NCBI GenBank assembly: GCA_943788915.1
Contig: CALSSD010000010.1
Span: 310,001-374,000, forward strand
DNA: 64,000 nt
Reading direction: 5' to 3'
Source: an uncultured Acidimicrobiales bacterium
Lineage (GTDB): Bacteria > Actinomycetota > Acidimicrobiia > Acidimicrobiales > UBA10347
In this document: positions 59,722 to 64,000 of the stretch, one piece after another
Layout: each line of letters begins with the position of its first letter
How positions within the stretch are numbered: the stretch's first letter is position 1
Notes under the pieces: model-generated
What the model saw: only the letters and a program-made list of their open reading frames with translations
Databases searched by the model: none
Told to the model about the DNA's origin: nothing
Position numbers and translations under genes: made by a program

Positions 59722-60246
59722 GTGAGCCAGCCGCAGAATGTTCCAACCAAGCCGGTCGCTACGCAACACTACGCGTCACCGCCTCGCCGCGACCGCACGT
59801 GGAATGCTGACCGGCCCGGTGATGTCTTTGCCGATGGGCAGCCTGAAGGCGACCTGATCGGCTCGCAAGGTCCTGATCAGGGTTTTGCGATCAAGCTTGC
59901 TCGGTCGTTCCAAGATCAACTTGAACTGACCAATAATGAACACGCAGCTGACGCGATTGCTGGTTGTGTCGCCGTTGCTCTCAAGCGGGCATCAGCGTTT
60001 AGTCGTGCGCCAACCGTGCACGATGTTCGGTGTGCATTCACGATCTTCGGGTATCTAGGAACAGCGGAACCAGAGTTGGTCGAATTGCGACAGAAACTCT
60101 TCGAAGAGGTTGCGCACCCGCATCACTACAACGAGCGCCGCGCGATCGTCGACGCCGTGCCTACGGCCTTCCTGCGCCAGCATCACAAGAAGATCCTCGA
60201 GGAAGCCGCCGACTGGCGTTCAGTGCTTCAACCGCCCGCACACTGA
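59722..60246 (+). CDS. Hypothetical protein
   Basis: GPDQGFA..LA, ALKRAS.FSRAP...D motif-like segments; in operon with RDD gene and gltX. Confidence 0.75.
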   Translation: MSQPQNVPTKPVATQHYASPPRRDRTWNADRPGDVFADGQPEGDLIGSQGPDQGFAIKLARSFQDQLELTNNEHAADAIAGCVAVALKRASAFSRAPTVHDVRCAFTIFGYLGTAEPELVELRQKLFEEVAHPHHYNERRAIVDAVPTAFLRQHHKKILEEAADWRSVLQPPAH

Positions 60247-60247
60247 C

Positions 60248-60937
60248 ATGACAGCCTCTTCGTCGGCATCCGTGCCGACGGCAGATTTTGGTACGCGCTT
60301 CTCGGCGTTTGTGATTGATGGGCTTTTGCTCGTGAGCGCTCAGTGGCTCATGTTCATCGTGCTCTCCCGACAACTCCAGGCTGTCGGGCTGACCTCCACC
60401 AAACCGTGTGTGCCCAACGGCGTAGCGCTGTGTGAAGGGCCGTCTACAGCACTGTGGACCATGCTGCTTGTCCTGTTCGTTGGATCAACAATTGCGTACC
60501 ACGCGGTATTCGAAGGCCACTACGGCGCAACACCAGGCAAGCGGTGGATGGGCCTCGCGGTGACGGACAGCAGCGGTGCTGGTCCGGTTGGCCTCACTGC
60601 CGGAGTATTGCGGGCCGTCGTTCGTCAGTCGTTTTGGCTGTCGTTGGTGTTTCTGTTCGAAACGTCGCCGCTTTCTCTTGGTTTGCCGGCTGCGTTATTC
60701 GCGTTTCTGCCCATCGCCACGCTCAGCGTGTTCGTCATCGGCGCCTACAGTCAGAACGGTTTGGCAGGCCACGACCTCATCGCCAAGACCATCGTGGTAC
60801 GCACGGACCAGGTGCCGGTGCGCCCGTCGCCAACAGACCCGTTGATAGAGCGACCACCAGTCGCTCATGTCCCCCCTCCGCCGAGTGGCGCTAACGCCGC
60901 AACTCCTGAAGACTCAGAAGACACACTGCATGACTAA
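60248..60937 (+). CDS. RDD-family membrane protein
   Basis: R..AFVID, GATPGK..MGL.V, HD..AKT.VV. Confidence 0.85.
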   Translation: MTASSSASVPTADFGTRFSAFVIDGLLLVSAQWLMFIVLSRQLQAVGLTSTKPCVPNGVALCEGPSTALWTMLLVLFVGSTIAYHAVFEGHYGATPGKRWMGLAVTDSSGAGPVGLTAGVLRAVVRQSFWLSLVFLFETSPLSLGLPAALFAFLPIATLSVFVIGAYSQNGLAGHDLIAKTIVVRTDQVPVRPSPTDPLIERPPVAHVPPPPSGANAATPEDSEDTLHD

Positions 60938-62288
60938 TCCAGATATTCGCTGTCGGTTCGCTCCGTCTCCAACGGGTTACCTCCACGTCGGTAGCGCCCG
61001 CACCGCACTCTTCAACTGGTTATTCGCCAGGTCGGTTGGGGGCACCTTTGTGCTTCGCATCGAAGACACCGACGGTGACCGCAATCGCCCCGAACTGATA
61101 GATGTGATCTTCGACGAGTTGCGTTGGCTCGGGATCGACTGGGATGAGGGCCCGTTCTTCCAGAGCGACTCTCGCGATCGGCACCGCCAAGTCGTCACCG
61201 ACCTGTTAGCAAACGGCCGGGCGTACCTATCAGAGCGGGTCAACGAAGAGAATGTGGTCATCGAGGGAAGCGAACTCGTCGATGGCCTCGCCGTGCGTTA
61301 CCGCGTGCCGAAGGACCGTCAGGTGGTGTTTACCGACGCAGTTCGTGGCGATGTGAGCTTCGAGACAAATGATCTCGAAGACTTTGTGATCTGGCGCTCG
61401 AATGGCACACCGACCTTCCTGCTTGCCAATGCGGTCGATGATGCTGATATGGGTATCACCCATGCCATCCGGGGCGAAGACCTCCTTTCGACAACGCCCA
61501 AGGTGCAGCTGCTCATGGAAGAGATAGGGGCAACACCACCGATCTATGGCCACCTGCCTCTGCTGGTGAATGAGCAGCGCAAGAAGCTGTCGAAACGCCG
61601 CGACGACGTATCGATTGCCGATTACCGGACGCGTGGGTATCTGCCCGAAGCAATGGTCAACTACCTGGCGCTGCTTGGCTGGGGTCCAGACGATGACATC
61701 GAGATCCGTCCGATCATCGAGATCATCGACAAGTTTGATCTCGGCCGGGTTAACAAGGCTGCGGCATTCTTCGACCTGAAGAAACTCGACCATTTCAGCG
61801 CTACGTACATTCAGAATCTTGATGCCGACAAGTTCGTCGAGCTGGTCCTGCCGTACTTGCACGCCGATGAACGCTGGTCCGCTGAGACAATCGACGTGGC
61901 CGTGGTTAAGGAGTTCGCAGGCGATGTCCAACAGCGAGTTGCCAGGCTAAGCGAAGTGCCCGACTGGTATGACTGGTTATTCCTTGACTCGGTCGAAATC
62001 GAAGAAAAGGCTATGAATAAGGGTTTACGCAAAGCAAAACAGGCTGATGAGGTACTGGACGGCGTCATCGAGGCTTTCGCTGACTGCGCTTGGGAAGAAG
62101 ATGTCCTGAACCAAACTGTGCGTGCGGTGGGTGACACACTAGGTGTGAAATCCGCGGTGCCTGTTCGGGTAGCAGTAACAGGAAAGATGGGCGGGATTCC
62201 GTTGTACGGACCGCTTGTCCGGCTTGGCCGCGACAAGACAATTGACAGATTGCGAACCGCTCGTGAACACCTCCGAAGCAGCTCATAG
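60930..62288 (+). CDS. gltX: Glutamate--tRNA ligase
   Basis: RFAPSPTG.LHVG, LRIEDTD, RGED, KLSKR; anticodon-binding domain present. Confidence 0.95.
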   Translation: MTNPDIRCRFAPSPTGYLHVGSARTALFNWLFARSVGGTFVLRIEDTDGDRNRPELIDVIFDELRWLGIDWDEGPFFQSDSRDRHRQVVTDLLANGRAYLSERVNEENVVIEGSELVDGLAVRYRVPKDRQVVFTDAVRGDVSFETNDLEDFVIWRSNGTPTFLLANAVDDADMGITHAIRGEDLLSTTPKVQLLMEEIGATPPIYGHLPLLVNEQRKKLSKRRDDVSIADYRTRGYLPEAMVNYLALLGWGPDDDIEIRPIIEIIDKFDLGRVNKAAAFFDLKKLDHFSATYIQNLDADKFVELVLPYLHADERWSAETIDVAVVKEFAGDVQQRVARLSEVPDWYDWLFLDSVEIEEKAMNKGLRKAKQADEVLDGVIEAFADCAWEEDVLNQTVRAVGDTLGVKSAVPVRVAVTGKMGGIPLYGPLVRLGRDKTIDRLRTAREHLRSSS

Positions 62289-62497
62289 GCCATCCGATAT
62301 CGAGGATCAGTACTGCGGTGAGGCGCGAGGTGCCGACGGTTACCAGTTTTGGACGACGAGCCCGGAAGATGAAGAATCGCTCGATATCCGTGAGCAGGTA
62401 GCTGCCGGTATGACCGTACAAAAAGGTCGTCACAGAACCGCGGCGCAAGGTCTTCGGAGCGGGCGCATTCCGCCGCACAGCGATTCGGCTCGCGCTG

Positions 62498-63070
62498 ATG
62501 ATCCTGATAACGGGCTTGCTGCTCATTGGCTACTTCGTTTTTACTTATGTGCAGGTCTTGGGCGCGGTAGGAGACGACCAAGCACAGGACGCTGATATCG
62601 CGATTGTGCTTGGAGCAGCTCAATACAACGGTGCACCTTCGTATGTGCTGCAAGAACGACTAGATCATGCCTACAACTTGTACGACGCAGGCAAGGTCGA
62701 ACGAATCTTTGTCACTGGTGCTGTTGCTGAAGGCGACGTGAAATCAGAAGGTCTGGTCGGTTTGGAGCACTTGCTGGCGAGAGGTGTGCCCGAAGAAGAC
62801 ATCACGCTCATTCCCGAAGGCACCAATTCATGGCAGCAGCTATCGGCCTCGGCTGCCCAGATCGAGACGCTGCGGATGGACTCGGTCTTGCTGGTTTCGG
62901 ACGGCTACCACAACTACCGCTTGCTCGCTATTGCCGACGAACTCGGTATCGAAGCCTATGTTTCGCCATCGGCCGTCGCTTCAACGACCATGAACGTGGT
63001 GCGTGAATCGGCAGCAGTCTCTATCGGGCGCATCACCGGTTACCGCCGGCTCAGCGCATTCACGGAGTAA
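62498..63070 (+). CDS. YdcF/DUF218-family protein (N-terminus may extend upstream)
   Basis: VLGAAQY.G.PS..L.ERLD, VTG, VSD.YH..R, RE. Confidence 0.85.
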   Translation: MILITGLLLIGYFVFTYVQVLGAVGDDQAQDADIAIVLGAAQYNGAPSYVLQERLDHAYNLYDAGKVERIFVTGAVAEGDVKSEGLVGLEHLLARGVPEEDITLIPEGTNSWQQLSASAAQIETLRMDSVLLVSDGYHNYRLLAIADELGIEAYVSPSAVASTTMNVVRESAAVSIGRITGYRRLSAFTE

Positions 63071-63130
63071 CTGCTGGGGCAGCCGTCTGTTCGCGAGCCA
63101 GCAGAGGCTTGCCAAGGCACGCAGTTCGAC

Positions 63131-64000
63131 CTACCCGACGATGGTGCGCCAGCCATGCGGATCCGCAGCGACACCAGACTGGACATCAACGAGCGCCTGG
63201 CGGAGCTTGAGCGTGTTTGGGCCGGGTTGCCCGTCTCGTACCTGGGTCGTAACCCCGTCGGAGATAAGTGATCCGACCGGAGCGATTACGGCAGCGGTGC
63301 CGGAAAGGAACATCTCGGTGTCAGCGGTGCGTTCCATGATCTCGCTTGCAGGCACGGAACGTTCTTCGATCGTGTAGCCGAGGTCAGCGGCCATGGTGAT
63401 GATCGACGCGCGGGTTACGCCGTGCAGGAAGGAATCGTCGAGGTTTCGGGTGATCAGTCGGTTGTCGTCGACCATAAAGAAGTTGGCGGCTCCGGTCTCG
63501 GTCGTGTCGCCGCCAGTTGCGAACAACACCTGGTCAACGCCGTGGTTGGCCTTGGCCTCGAGAGTTGGTCCGAGTGCCATCACGTAGTTCGCGCCGCTCT
63601 TGATCGAGCCGAATTGGGGAGTAGTTCGAGGCGTTTCGGTCTCAACCAACAGGCTCAGAGGGCGAATGCCGCCAGCGAAATAGTCGCCGACCGGGCTGGT
63701 GAGGACGTAGAGCAGGCTGGTTTGGCTGGGCGCAGCAGCTGCGCCGATGTTCTGGTCGGCACCAAGAATCGTGGGGCGCAGGTAGAGCGAACCCGGCTGC
63801 GGCGGCGTGTGCTGCACGTTTGCAACGGCAGCGTCCATGAACATGGTGCGCAACAGATCGGCATCTGGAACGGGCAAACGTAGGAGCCCAATCGAGTTGC
63901 GGAACCGAGCAATATGGTCATCGAGACGGAAGATCGCCACTGAACCATCGGCCTGCTTGTGTGCCTTTAGCCCTTCGAAACAGGTGCTGCCGTAGTGCAG
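63131..64000 (-). CDS. ilvE: Branched-chain amino acid aminotransferase (N-terminus beyond window)
   Basis: LHYGSTCFEGLKA, LYLRP, K.GANY, E.GAANF, L.GVTR.S, GTAAVIAP. Confidence 0.92.
   Translation of the reverse strand: MHYGSTCFEGLKAHKQADGSVAIFRLDDHIARFRNSIGLLRLPVPDADLLRTMFMDAAVANVQHTPPQPGSLYLRPTILGADQNIGAAAAPSQTSLLYVLTSPVGDYFAGGIRPLSLLVETETPRTTPQFGSIKSGANYVMALGPTLEAKANHGVDQVLFATGGDTTETGAANFFMVDDNRLITRNLDDSFLHGVTRASIITMAADLGYTIEERSVPASEIMERTADTEMFLSGTAAVIAPVGSLISDGVTTQVRDGQPGPNTLKLRQALVDVQSGVAADPHGWRTIVG

Overview
High-GC (roughly 60%) bacterial chromosome segment. Gene content and order suggest an actinobacterium, probably Acidimicrobiia (inference). Core genes include galU, plsY, uppP, tldD/pmbA, dxs, tRNA-Ala(CGC), glpD, an ABC-F ATPase, fpg/nei, rsgA, serC, serA, argF, leuCD, greA, leuB, cimA, gltX and ilvE. 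A block of accessory catabolic/redox genes lies downstream of the tRNA. Main observations: (1) A 224-codon MerB-fold (organomercurial-lyase-like) gene at 17067-17741 is split by the ORF caller. It has two in-frame TGA codons at the two catalytic Cys positions, each followed by a SECIS-like hairpin, so it is a probable double-selenocysteine enzyme with no mer operon nearby. (2) A ~110-140 nt rod-like RNA upstream of greA carries motifs resembling a shortened 6S RNA. (3) A RAYT/TnpA-REP-type HUH transposase is bracketed by paired GGGTCTGACCC palindromes. (4) A switch-like structured leader precedes a small basic protein. (5) Several short tandem duplications sit at gene starts and ends. Multiple single-base frameshifts in conserved genes (tldD, rsgA, an aminotransferase, a kinase, a nitroreductase, a lipoprotein) look like assembly indel errors. 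One of them creates an artefactual TldD-PmbA fusion ORF.
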